A stretch of DNA of 64,000 bases, taken from the NCBI GenBank assembly GCA_017962085.1, contig JAGCWA010000033.1:31264-95263 (forward strand), given 5' to 3'. Shown one piece after another: positions 46,319 through 55,456 of the stretch. A program made the position numbers and the translations under genes. The notes under the pieces were generated by a model. The model ran no database searches. It worked only from the letters and a program-made list of their open reading frames with translations, and was not told the DNA's origin. The DNA comes from Paludibacteraceae bacterium. Lineage in GTDB: Bacteria > Bacteroidota > Bacteroidia > Bacteroidales > Paludibacteraceae. Position 1 is the first letter of the stretch, and each line of letters begins with the position of its first letter.

Positions 46319-48103
46319 ATGAAAGCTTATATTTCGTTGATCTTCTTTTTGTCGGTGATGGCGGTATTGACGCTGTTGTGTCTAATTTTCCCTTCTTCGG
46401 GAATCACCATAGGAGCCAAACCTGAGCCGGGAGATTCGGTGATGACAAAAATAGATAGTCTTGCGTTGGATTCGATAGAGGATGCTAGGTTGAATGGTGT
46501 GGTGGATACGACTGTAGTCATAGATGACGACAGCATTGTGCAATATGAGTCCGATTTCCTTGACCAACTGAGCAAAGAGAGTGTTACCCTAACCTTCCCA
46601 TCGTTGAGTCAGGCGTTGTCGAAACGCAATAGCGACAAAGAGTCGGCGGAAAGCAAACTGCAGAAGGCGGAGGAGGAGTTGCGCCTCCAAATCGAAAAGG
46701 ATTCGCTCGATAAGGTGAGAGAGGAGCAGATGGCGCAGGAAGAGAAGGAGCGCAAGGCTTTCGAGGATACGTTGAAGTCTTACCGACACTTCGCGGAGAA
46801 GAGTTCGGCGAGAATCTACTTCCCTGACAATGATTTCCACTTGATGGACAAGCTGTTCGTCTCCCTGCAGAATTGTAACAGGGGACCGGTGGTGCACATC
46901 TTGCATTATGGCGACTCGCAGATTGAGTCGGACCGTATTACTGGATACATCCGTGAACAATTCCAGAAGAAATTCGGCGGGTACGGACCTGGTACCTGCC
47001 CTGCCATACAACCCATTCATTCCTATACGGTGGCGCAGACATTCTCCGACAGCTTGCCTCGCTACATTGCGGATGGTACCCTGCAACAGAAATTGTCGGA
47101 CGACCACTATGGTGTCCTGGCGCAGATGGCGAAGCTGAGAGGGGGAAAGGTGACGCTGGGATATACGACCTGCAACAACAGCAAGGTGTATAGCCATGCG
47201 AAGAAATTCTCCCAAGTCCGCCTTTTGGTCGGCAACACGGGGGAGAAATTCACCGCTAAGCTGAGGTGGGGAAAGCAAGACTCCACTCAGGTGATAGAGG
47301 CTGCGACTCCGGAGTTCTCGGTCATCACGTGGAAACTCGACACGATGGTCACCAGCGTGAAGCTGGATCTGTCCGGTACGGCGGAGTTGTACGGTGTGGC
47401 GATGGACGGCAAGTCGGGCGTGGCGATGGATAACATCCCTCTCCGCGGTAGCTCCGGTACCTTCTTCACGCGAATATCCTCCCACCTCCTTTCGTCCGCT
47501 ATGAAGGAGTTGAACGTGAAACTCATTTTGTTGGAGTTCGGTGGTAACTATACCCCTCACATCTATAGCTTGGACAGGGTGGAGAAGTACAAACAGATGA
47601 TCTCGAACCAGATCCGCTATCTGAAGAGACTGCACCCTGGCGCCATGATTATCCTCATCGGTCCGGCTGATATGTCCCAAAAGATAAACGGTGAGTTGCA
47701 GACTTACCCGTTCCTGGAAGAGAACATCGAGGGAATGAAACAGGCCGCACTGGAGAACGGCGCAGCCTTCTGGGATATGTACCAGGTGATGGGTGGACGA
47801 AACTCCATGATCAAATGGGTGGAGCATGTGCCTGCTTGGGCGGCCTCCGACTATATACACTTCACGCCGACGGGTGCCGGACGTATCGCGGATATGTTCG
47901 TGCAATCCTTCATGAACTATTACGACTACTATTGCTTCCTGAAGAGGAACAAAAAGTGGTATGATGAGCTGAAGGCGAAAGAGGCGGAGTTGGCGAAGAA
48001 GGCCGCTCAGGAGCAGCAAGCGGCTCAAGCGGCTCAAGCAGCACAGGCGAAACAAGTGAATCAAGCAACTCAGGTGAAACAAGTGAATCAGGTGAAGAAA
48101 TGA
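46319..48103 (+). CDS. Membrane-anchored SGNH/GDSL-family hydrolase or acyltransferase with coiled-coil linker and Q/A-rich tail
   Basis: The ORF track starts at TTG 46316; ATG 46319 is preferred. N-terminal TM helix (ISLIFFLSVMAVLTLLCLIF). Coiled-coil segment (KLQKAEEELRLQIEKDSLDKVREEQMAQEEKERK). SGNH blocks HYGDSQIE (block I), LLEFGGN, and DYIHFT (block V Asp/His). Confidence 0.78.
   Translation: MKAYISLIFFLSVMAVLTLLCLIFPSSGITIGAKPEPGDSVMTKIDSLALDSIEDARLNGVVDTTVVIDDDSIVQYESDFLDQLSKESVTLTFPSLSQALSKRNSDKESAESKLQKAEEELRLQIEKDSLDKVREEQMAQEEKERKAFEDTLKSYRHFAEKSSARIYFPDNDFHLMDKLFVSLQNCNRGPVVHILHYGDSQIESDRITGYIREQFQKKFGGYGPGTCPAIQPIHSYTVAQTFSDSLPRYIADGTLQQKLSDDHYGVLAQMAKLRGGKVTLGYTTCNNSKVYSHAKKFSQVRLLVGNTGEKFTAKLRWGKQDSTQVIEAATPEFSVITWKLDTMVTSVKLDLSGTAELYGVAMDGKSGVAMDNIPLRGSSGTFFTRISSHLLSSAMKELNVKLILLEFGGNYTPHIYSLDRVEKYKQMISNQIRYLKRLHPGAMIILIGPADMSQKINGELQTYPFLEENIEGMKQAALENGAAFWDMYQVMGGRNSMIKWVEHVPAWAASDYIHFTPTGAGRIADMFVQSFMNYYDYYCFLKRNKKWYDELKAKEAELAKKAAQEQQAAQAAQAAQAKQVNQATQVKQVNQVKK
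48014..48100 (+). repeat. In-frame short tandem repeats encoding the Q/A/V/N-rich C-terminal tail
   Basis: CAAGCGGCT x2 plus CAAGCAGCA (48017-48043). AAACAAGTGAATCA is duplicated at 48050-48063 and 48076-48089. Together they encode AQAAQAAQAKQVNQATQVKQVNQVKK and end at the ATGA overlap with the next gene. Confidence 0.75.
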
Positions 48104-49365
48104 GACGATGGCTTCTTATATTGGCAGTTTGTCTTTCCTCTGTGGGCGCTGATGCGGCGCAGGGGTTTCTGAGACGTGGCATACCTAAGTATGATTTTAT
48201 CTCCGACTCCTTGAACAAGATCGTTACGCCAGGCTCGACGGCTCGACGGGACGCTTTCTTCGAGAAGTTGGACTCCATCGTGTTGTGCCACGAGGGAATG
48301 GTCAATATCCTGCATATCGGGGGCTCCCATGTGCAGGCGGACATCTATTCGCACGAGATCCGTCGTAACCTCGACTCCATCAACGACCAAAGCCAGCCAG
48401 GGCGCGGACTCATCTTCCCCTATACGGTGGCTAAGACCAATAACCCCTCCAACTACAAGATCATGTATCGCGGGGAGTGGACCACTACCAAGAACGTGAT
48501 GCGCGAGAGGAAGGCTGTCTTAGGCTTGACGGGCATGGCGGTCACCACGTCCGATTCGCTCGCTGAACTTACGGTATGCCTGAATGGTAAGAACCGGTCT
48601 AATCGATGGACCTGCAATAAACTAACACTGTTGGGCTATGCGGATTCCACCTGCATGGTGGAGCCTTTCGTCCGGCTGACGGACTCCTCGCTTTATGCGG
48701 CGCGCTATGATGCCTCGCTTTCTGTCTATGTCTTCGAATTCGAGCGTTTGGTGGACACCTTCACCATCGTCTTTGACCAGATGGATAGTGTGCCTCATGA
48801 ATTCACCATCACAGGTCTCTTGCCGGAAAAGAGCGAGCCGGGAGTTGTCTACAGCTCTATCGGTGTGAACGGGGCCACAGTCCCTTCCTACTTGTCGTGC
48901 GAGAACTTCGATAGGGACCTATCCCTCATCCATCCGGACATGGTGGTCTATGCCATAGGCATTAACGATGCGCTCGTGAAGAATTTCTCCGAAGAGAAGT
49001 TTATCCATCGATATGACTCCCTCATCTCTAGGGTGGAGTCTGTTTCCCCGAATTGTTACCATGTCTTTGTGACAAATAATGATTCCTACAAGCGGGTGCG
49101 CGCCAACCGTCGTACTCATTATGAGGTCAATAAGAACGGACTGAAGGCCCGCGATGCCTTCTACAAACTTGCGGAGAAACATAACGGTAGTGTCTGGGAC
49201 CTCTTCGAGATAATGGGCGGTTTAGGCTCCATGAAGCTGTGGGAGAAGGAAGGCATGGCGGCGAAGGATAAGGTGCATTTTACTCACAAAGGATATGTGT
49301 TGATTGGTGATTTGTTTTATAACGCGTTGATAAACGCATATTTGGAGAAAAATAATAAGGAATAA
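48100..49365 (+). CDS. Secreted SGNH/GDSL-family hydrolase or acyltransferase
   Basis: 421 aa. Signal peptide MRRWLLILAVCLSSVGADA. Blocks LHIGGSHVQAD (Ser), YAIGINDA (GxND) and DKVHFTHKGY (DxxH). ATGA overlap with the upstream gene (48100-48103). Confidence 0.78.
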   Translation: MRRWLLILAVCLSSVGADAAQGFLRRGIPKYDFISDSLNKIVTPGSTARRDAFFEKLDSIVLCHEGMVNILHIGGSHVQADIYSHEIRRNLDSINDQSQPGRGLIFPYTVAKTNNPSNYKIMYRGEWTTTKNVMRERKAVLGLTGMAVTTSDSLAELTVCLNGKNRSNRWTCNKLTLLGYADSTCMVEPFVRLTDSSLYAARYDASLSVYVFEFERLVDTFTIVFDQMDSVPHEFTITGLLPEKSEPGVVYSSIGVNGATVPSYLSCENFDRDLSLIHPDMVVYAIGINDALVKNFSEEKFIHRYDSLISRVESVSPNCYHVFVTNNDSYKRVRANRRTHYEVNKNGLKARDAFYKLAEKHNGSVWDLFEIMGGLGSMKLWEKEGMAAKDKVHFTHKGYVLIGDLFYNALINAYLEKNNKE

Positions 49366-49373
49366 TTGGTAGT

Positions 49374-51272
49374 ATGGAATTGGTTGTAAATTTTCTTAAA
49401 GATACATTCGCATTTGATGAAAACTCTCCGCTGCTTTTCACCCAACTCTATTTCTGGGTGTTCTTCGTGGCGGTCTTCGCTGTATTCTCCTTGGTGCATA
49501 GCAAGGTGTTGCTCAGGAATACATTCCTCTTTTTCGTCAGTGTGCTATTTTACTATAAGACAAGCGGTTGGTTCACGTTGATCTTAGTCTTCGCGACGCT
49601 CTTCAATTACATCGACGGCCTCCTCATCTACCATTCCAAGAAGGGGTGGAAGACCACATGGCTGGTGCTGGGACTCATCGTCAACCTGGCCTCCCTTTGT
49701 TACTTCAAGTATGCCTATTTCTTTGCGGATATGGTGCAGAACCTATTCGGTGCGCATATCGAAGTGAAGAATGTCTTCTCGATGATCGGTAACCGTATCT
49801 TGGAGGACCATCCTTCCATCTTCTCCACCTTGGGTTCCCCGGCGGACCCTAGCAAGCCTTATTTCACGGTCGATCGGATCCTGCTTCCGGTAGGTATCTC
49901 CTTCTTTACCTTCCAGTGTATCAGCTACTTGATGGATATTTTCCGTGAGAAGGTGGCCCCTGTGAAGAATATCCTCAACTTCGGCTTCTACGTGACCTTC
50001 TTCCCGCAATTGGTGGCGGGCCCTATCGTGCGCGCGAGCACCTTCATACCACAGCTTTACAAGAAATATTTCCTGTCGAGGAGGATGTTCGGTATCGCCA
50101 TCTTCTGGATATTGAACGGTATGGCGAAGAAAATTATCTTGAGCGACTATATCGCGGTGAACTTCATCGACCGTGTCTTCGAGAACCCTACCATGTACTC
50201 CGGCTTCGAGAACTTCGCCGCGCTGTTCGGCTATTCTCTTCAGGTGTACACTGACTTCTCCGGCTATACGGACATTGCGATCGGTCTTGCCATGCTGATG
50301 GGCTTCTATCTGCCGAAGAACTTCAACTCGCCTTACAAGGCCACCAACCCTGGAGAGTTCTGGAAACGTTGGCACATCTCCCTCTCCAAGTGGTTGCAGG
50401 ATTACCTCTACATACCATTGGGTGGAAACCGTACCGCCTCAATCGGTACCTATGCTTGTATCATCACCATCTCTTTGGTGGGCATGATCCTTTCGGGTAG
50501 TATCTGGGTGGCTATCGTGGTGCTGGCTATCGCGCTTATCGTCACGATTAACTGCTACAAATATCCTGAGAAGAAAAAGAATCTGACGTCTAACATGAAC
50601 CGATTGAACACTATGTTGTTGGGCGGTTTGTGGCACGGCGCCAGTTGGAACTTCATGATTTGGGGTGGTCTGAACGGTATCGGTATGATCGTGTACCGTT
50701 TCTGGAAAGACATGAACGTCTATGTCCGCTCGTGGGTCTCCTTGCTGATCGCGGCCGTCTTCTTCGTGCTGGCGAAGTTCTTCCCAGCCCCGATCTGGAA
50801 CATCGCGGTGATTTGGATGGGTGTCATAGCTGTCGGTTCCTTCATCCGTATGCTCTACCACTTCTTCGAGGGTACGGCCGAATTGAAACCGTTGGCGACG
50901 GCTTGGGCGGTTTTGCAGACCTTCGTCTTCATCACATGGACGCGCCTCTTCTTCCGTTCCGGCTCCAACTTGGACCCTGCGCAGGCGAATGAACAGGCTT
51001 GGATGACCGCCAAGGATATGGTCAATCAGATTGGTACGAAGTGGAATACCGCAGTGATTCCTAACATGGTTTGGGAGTATCGCTACGTCTTTACGCTTAT
51101 CATTTTGGGTATGATCATCCACTGGTTGCCGGAGCATTTCAAGCGCAGATACAGACTCTGGTTCGCCACCACACCGTTGCCACTGATGGCTCTCTATGTG
51201 GTGATCGCAGTCTTCATCATTTATCAGTTCATCACGGCGGACTTGCAGAAGTTCATCTACTTCCAATTCTAA
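49374..51272 (+). CDS. MBOAT-family membrane O-acyltransferase (AlgI/DltB/PatA-like)
   Basis: 632 aa, polytopic. FWKRWHISLSKWLQDYLYIPLGGNR and GGLWHGASWNFMIWGGLNG (the conserved MBOAT His). The start lies 8 nt after the upstream stop. Confidence 0.9.
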   Translation: MELVVNFLKDTFAFDENSPLLFTQLYFWVFFVAVFAVFSLVHSKVLLRNTFLFFVSVLFYYKTSGWFTLILVFATLFNYIDGLLIYHSKKGWKTTWLVLGLIVNLASLCYFKYAYFFADMVQNLFGAHIEVKNVFSMIGNRILEDHPSIFSTLGSPADPSKPYFTVDRILLPVGISFFTFQCISYLMDIFREKVAPVKNILNFGFYVTFFPQLVAGPIVRASTFIPQLYKKYFLSRRMFGIAIFWILNGMAKKIILSDYIAVNFIDRVFENPTMYSGFENFAALFGYSLQVYTDFSGYTDIAIGLAMLMGFYLPKNFNSPYKATNPGEFWKRWHISLSKWLQDYLYIPLGGNRTASIGTYACIITISLVGMILSGSIWVAIVVLAIALIVTINCYKYPEKKKNLTSNMNRLNTMLLGGLWHGASWNFMIWGGLNGIGMIVYRFWKDMNVYVRSWVSLLIAAVFFVLAKFFPAPIWNIAVIWMGVIAVGSFIRMLYHFFEGTAELKPLATAWAVLQTFVFITWTRLFFRSGSNLDPAQANEQAWMTAKDMVNQIGTKWNTAVIPNMVWEYRYVFTLIILGMIIHWLPEHFKRRYRLWFATTPLPLMALYVVIAVFIIYQFITADLQKFIYFQF

Positions 51273-51300
51273 ACGCTTCTGTATTGAGCTGTTATCTCTA

Positions 51301-51352
51301 ATATATAGTAAATCGAATATATAGTAAATCGTAAATGGTTAAGTAGTAAATC
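51301..51352. repeat. Tandem 16-nt repeat ATATATAGTAAATCGN x2 plus a third partial TAGTAAATC
   Basis: Units at 51301-51316 and 51317-51332 are identical for 15 of 16 nt. A partial copy lies at 51344-51352. The repeat sits in the MBOAT-prs intergenic region. Confidence 0.8.
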
Positions 51353-51483
51353 CTTGCGTTCGTCTTTGGGGGTAAGTGAAAATTCCGTGATTGTTGGCTT
51401 AAATTTTATGTTATATGACACAATTGTTCGTGATTTTGTATTAATTTCGCGCTTACAACAAAAAATCAGTTAATAGAGTAGTA

Positions 51484-52425
51484 ATGGACAGTCAACATCC
51501 TTTTTCAGTTTTCGCCGGATCCAATACGAAGTATTTGGCGGAGGAAATATGCAACTGTTTGGGTTGCAAACTAGGTAAAATCAATTTGCAGAGATTTGCA
51601 GATGGTGAGTTCGGGGTCTCCTATGAGGAGTCTGTGCGCGGCCATTATGTTTTCTTGGTTCAATCTACTGTGCCATGCGCAGACAATCTGATGGAGTTGC
51701 TCCTGATGATTGACGCGGCCAAGAGGGCTTCCGCTTATAAGATCATCGCTGTAATCCCTTATTTCGGCTGGGCGCGTCAAGACCGTAAGGACAAGCCGCG
51801 TGTGGCTATCGGCGCTAAGTTGGTTGCGGACATGTTGACAGTTGCCGGCATCGACCGTCTGATCACGATGGATCTCCATGCCGACCAGATCCAAGGCTTC
51901 TTCAATGTGCCTGTCGATCATTTGTATGCTTCTACAATCTTCTTGCCGTATATCCAATCCATGAATCTTGAGAACTTGGTCATCGCTTCTCCTGACGTCG
52001 GTGGTTCCAAGAGGGCTAACGCCTACTCCAAGTACTTGGGTTGCCCGATGGTTCTTTGCCATAAGAGTAGAGAGAAGGCCAATGTGGTCAGCGAGATGAC
52101 GGTCATCGGTGATGTGAAGGGTAAGAACGTTATTATTTTGGACGATATGGTGGACACCGCTGGTACGTTGACGAAGGCGGCAGGCATCATGTCTAACGGT
52201 GGAGCGCTCTCCGTTCGTGCGCTCGTTTCCCACGCTGTCATGTCCGATCCGGCCAGCACGCGCGTGGATGAGTCAAGCTTGGAGGAGATCATCTTCACGA
52301 ACTCGATTCCGTTCCACAAGAACTGCAAGAAGGCGCACATCTTGTCTATCGCGCCGCTCTTCGCTGACACGATCCAACGTGTGATGGACAACCGCTCCAT
52401 CAGCGAGAACTATTTGACTAAATAA
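51484..52425 (+). CDS. prs: Ribose-phosphate pyrophosphokinase
   Basis: 313 aa. IPYFGWARQDRK, DLHADQIQGFF, and the PRPP-binding loop VIILDDMVDTAGTL. Confidence 0.95.
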   Translation: MDSQHPFSVFAGSNTKYLAEEICNCLGCKLGKINLQRFADGEFGVSYEESVRGHYVFLVQSTVPCADNLMELLLMIDAAKRASAYKIIAVIPYFGWARQDRKDKPRVAIGAKLVADMLTVAGIDRLITMDLHADQIQGFFNVPVDHLYASTIFLPYIQSMNLENLVIASPDVGGSKRANAYSKYLGCPMVLCHKSREKANVVSEMTVIGDVKGKNVIILDDMVDTAGTLTKAAGIMSNGGALSVRALVSHAVMSDPASTRVDESSLEEIIFTNSIPFHKNCKKAHILSIAPLFADTIQRVMDNRSISENYLTK

Positions 52426-52438
52426 ATTTTATAATAAT

Positions 52439-52470
52439 GGGCTGGAATCGTAGTGGTTTCAGCCCTTTTT
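52439..52470 (+). terminator. Rho-independent terminator after prs
   Basis: GGGCTGGA / TTCAGCCC (8 bp, one G-U), an 11-nt loop, then T5. Confidence 0.7.
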
Positions 52471-52483
52471 GTCTTTGCGCATT

Positions 52484-55456
52484 ATGTTTGCGGTCGTTAT
52501 CTCCGATCATCGTTTGTGGGGCTACAGGTTCCAACCCTGCCTTTTGCCCGATGATGAACAGGCGGACACTTTGCAGTGCCTCCGCTTGGGGGGAGCGGAT
52601 TTCCCTTTGGAGGGACTCTCGGACGTGGAGGTTAAGATCGTGCGTCTCTGCGAAAAGTATGCGGAGCAATTCGTGATGCGCATCTTCGTCAAGGAGAAAC
52701 TGTCTGTCGCTGAGTTCCAGACGAAATACTTGAACAATAGGGACAACTACCTTCAGATCCTTCCGTTCATCGAACGGGTCAATTGCGATGTGGCGAACCT
52801 GCTTCGTGGCACGGACATCCCTGTCTATCTGCGCGAAAAGAATTTCTCGGGTGTCTATCAGTCCGATAGGGTGGAGGTGTTGCCGCTTCTGTCCCGCCCG
52901 GTTCCTGCGTTCGATCTGGGGGAGGAGAAGATGACCTATACACTGAAGATATTTTCGGGGACGAAGGAGATTCCTTTCCGGAAGTGGAAGCGGACCAATA
53001 TACGCCTCTCCTCGGAGCCCCTTTGCCTGGTGTGCGGCAAGCAACTATGCTTGTTTGAGTCGATGCCCTATAAGCGCATCCTCCCCTTCATGGAGAAGGA
53101 GGGTGTCGAGGTGCCGATCCGTACGGTTCCCTCTTACATGAAGTCCTTCGTCTTGCCCACGTTGGAGAAGGAGAACGTTGAGGCTCATGGCTTTTCCGTG
53201 GAGTATCACGATGCCACGCCTCAACCTGTGTTGACGTTGGAGAACGACCTCTCTTTGCGCACGGCCCTCCGCCTAAGCTTTGAATATGAGGGACATGAGT
53301 GTGAACTTTCTTCCACCAGGAGGAGGTTCGTCTCCCTGACCGAGGGGGAGGAGTTCAGCTTCTCCGTTATTGACCGTGATATTGACCGTGAAAATCATTT
53401 CGCCTCGCTGCTGAGTGATATGGGTTTCCGCTCGAATGGCGCCTTCTATTATGCCTATGAGGCGGAGTCGCCTTCTTCCGGGTTGTATGAGACCGTGGAT
53501 TTCCTGGTCGCCCATAAGGCGGAGCTCTCTTCTTTTTCTATCCGCCAGAAGTTGGATAAGTCGGAGATTGTACTGGCTGTCCCTAATCTGGACATGGATA
53601 TCAATCTCAACGACGTGTATGACTGGTTCGATATCCGTGCGTTGGTGCATGTGGGCGACGAGTCTTTCCCTTTCGCTTGCCTGCGTCGGAACATTATCGA
53701 TGGGGAGCGGGAGTATGTGATGCGCTCAGGAAAGATTTTTATTATCCCTGAACCGTGGTTTGCCCAGTATCGGGAGCTTTCCCTCTTCGCGGAGGAGAAT
53801 GCGGCGGAGGAAAATACTCTCAAATTAGGGAAGTGTCATGTGGGGATGCTGGATGCGAATGGTTCGACTTCGGTGCGCGACTTCCGAGGATTGCTGGAGA
53901 AACGTGTCGATGTCCCTGCTGGACTTAAGGCCGAACTGCGTGATTATCAGCATGTCGGATATTCCTGGTTGGTGGGACTCTACGAAAACGGTTTGGGAGG
54001 ATGCTTGGCGGATGACATGGGTTTGGGTAAGACCCTTCAGGTGCTTGCTTTTTTCCTGCGGGTTTATTCCCCGGCGGAGGAGAGCGCCGAGCAGTCGTCG
54101 GAACAGCCGGCTCCGTTCGTGTGGCCGTATGAGTCCGCGCAACCCTCCTTGTTCGACCAGCCTGTGATCGATACGTCTAGACCGGTTCGCCGGATGGTGC
54201 CTCAGTCGGAGAAGAAACCGGCATCCTTGGTTGTCATGCCAGCCTCTTTGCTGTTCAATTGGGTGAATGAGACGAATCGTTTCGCGCCTTCCCTTCGTCA
54301 TCTGCTGTATGCCGGTGTGAACAGGACGGCGCCAGCCTCGATGAAGGCTAGGTTCGACCGCCATGATTTGGTCTTCACCACGTATGGACTATTGCGCAAG
54401 GATATTTCCCTCTTGAAGAATTACCATTTCGAGTGCGTGGTGATGGATGAAAGCCAATATGTGAAGAACGCCTCTTCGCAGGCCTATAAGGCGATTATGG
54501 AATTGGACGCCTCCCATTTTTTCTGCATGTCGGGTACGCCGATAGAGAATTCGTTGGAAGATCTCTGGTCGCAGATGAACCTGGCGAACCGTGGTGTGTT
54601 GGGCTCTGTGGAGTCCTTCCGAAAGATATATGTGAACCCTATTGTGAAGCGTGGCGACGAGGAGCGCGCGGAGCGGGTCAAAACGCTCATCAAACCCTTC
54701 CTGTTGCGCAGGACGAAGGAGGAGGTCGCCTCGGATTTGCCACCTGTTGTGGAGCAATTGGTCTATTGCGACTTGAATGCGGAGCATCGTGACATTTACG
54801 AGCGGGAGAAGTCCATGGTGCGCAATAGTCTGATGTCAGTGATCGCGGAGTCTGGGGTGAACAAAAATTCTATCCTTGCGCTCTCTTCCCTGACGAGGCT
54901 GCGTGAGCTCTCTAACCATCCGAAACTACTCTTCGATGATTGCCTGGTGGAGTCCGAGAAGATGAATGAGGTGGTGCGCCGCATCCAGAACCTGAAGGAA
55001 GAGGGGCATAAGGTACTGGTCTTCTCCTCTTTTGTGCGATTGCTGGATTTGTTACAGGAACGTTTGGATGCCGAGGAGGTCAAGTACACGAAACTGACAG
55101 GTGAGACGCAACGGAGGGAACAGGTGGTGAGCACCTTCCAGAACGACCCTTCCGTGGTCTGTTTCCTGATTTCGCTGAAGGCCGGAGGTGTGGGACTGAA
55201 CCTGATGGCGGCCGACTATGTGTTTATTCTAGACCCTTGGTGGAACCCAGCGGCGGAGATGCAGGCAGTCGACAGGTCTCATCGTATCGGGCAAGACAAA
55301 ACTGTCTTTGTCTATCGCTTTTTGTCGAAAGATACGGTGGAGGAGAAGATCCATAATATGCAGGAGGAGAAGCTGCAACTATCGGATATGTTTGTGAATT
55401 CTAACAATCCTTTCGCCGATGTCGATTTGGAAACACTGGAACAATTATTCGGCTAA
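52484..55456 (+). CDS. SNF2-family helicase/ATPase (RapA/HepA-like) with a large uncharacterised N-terminal region
   Basis: The ORF track starts at TTG 52469. ATG 52484 (MFAVVISDHRLWGY) is preferred because it lies after the prs terminator. Motifs LADDMGLGKTLQ (I), DESQYVKN (II), MSGTPIENSLEDLWS (III), SLKAGGVGLNLMAADYVFILDPWWNPAAEMQAVDRSHRIGQ (V-VI). Confidence 0.9.
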   Translation: MFAVVISDHRLWGYRFQPCLLPDDEQADTLQCLRLGGADFPLEGLSDVEVKIVRLCEKYAEQFVMRIFVKEKLSVAEFQTKYLNNRDNYLQILPFIERVNCDVANLLRGTDIPVYLREKNFSGVYQSDRVEVLPLLSRPVPAFDLGEEKMTYTLKIFSGTKEIPFRKWKRTNIRLSSEPLCLVCGKQLCLFESMPYKRILPFMEKEGVEVPIRTVPSYMKSFVLPTLEKENVEAHGFSVEYHDATPQPVLTLENDLSLRTALRLSFEYEGHECELSSTRRRFVSLTEGEEFSFSVIDRDIDRENHFASLLSDMGFRSNGAFYYAYEAESPSSGLYETVDFLVAHKAELSSFSIRQKLDKSEIVLAVPNLDMDINLNDVYDWFDIRALVHVGDESFPFACLRRNIIDGEREYVMRSGKIFIIPEPWFAQYRELSLFAEENAAEENTLKLGKCHVGMLDANGSTSVRDFRGLLEKRVDVPAGLKAELRDYQHVGYSWLVGLYENGLGGCLADDMGLGKTLQVLAFFLRVYSPAEESAEQSSEQPAPFVWPYESAQPSLFDQPVIDTSRPVRRMVPQSEKKPASLVVMPASLLFNWVNETNRFAPSLRHLLYAGVNRTAPASMKARFDRHDLVFTTYGLLRKDISLLKNYHFECVVMDESQYVKNASSQAYKAIMELDASHFFCMSGTPIENSLEDLWSQMNLANRGVLGSVESFRKIYVNPIVKRGDEERAERVKTLIKPFLLRRTKEEVASDLPPVVEQLVYCDLNAEHRDIYEREKSMVRNSLMSVIAESGVNKNSILALSSLTRLRELSNHPKLLFDDCLVESEKMNEVVRRIQNLKEEGHKVLVFSSFVRLLDLLQERLDAEEVKYTKLTGETQRREQVVSTFQNDPSVVCFLISLKAGGVGLNLMAADYVFILDPWWNPAAEMQAVDRSHRIGQDKTVFVYRFLSKDTVEEKIHNMQEEKLQLSDMFVNSNNPFADVDLETLEQLFG

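Noticed and set aside
46589-48082. 497-aa minus-strand ORF opposite the first SGNH gene, and similar ORFs opposite GH3 (43228-44454), MBOAT (49743-51266), prs (51571-52233) and SNF2 (52418-55134)
   Set aside because: They are antisense shadows of genes with clear family motifs, and no motifs of their own are recognisable.
52469-52483. Upstream alternative (TTG) starts used by the ORF track for the SNF2 gene, and likewise 46316 (SGNH-1), 55952 (mini-CTD protein), 58368 (vsr) and 60641 (SGNH lipoprotein)
   Set aside because: In each case an in-frame ATG slightly downstream gives a better N-terminus (signal peptide, lipobox or conserved family start). It also avoids overlapping an upstream terminator or the neighbouring gene.
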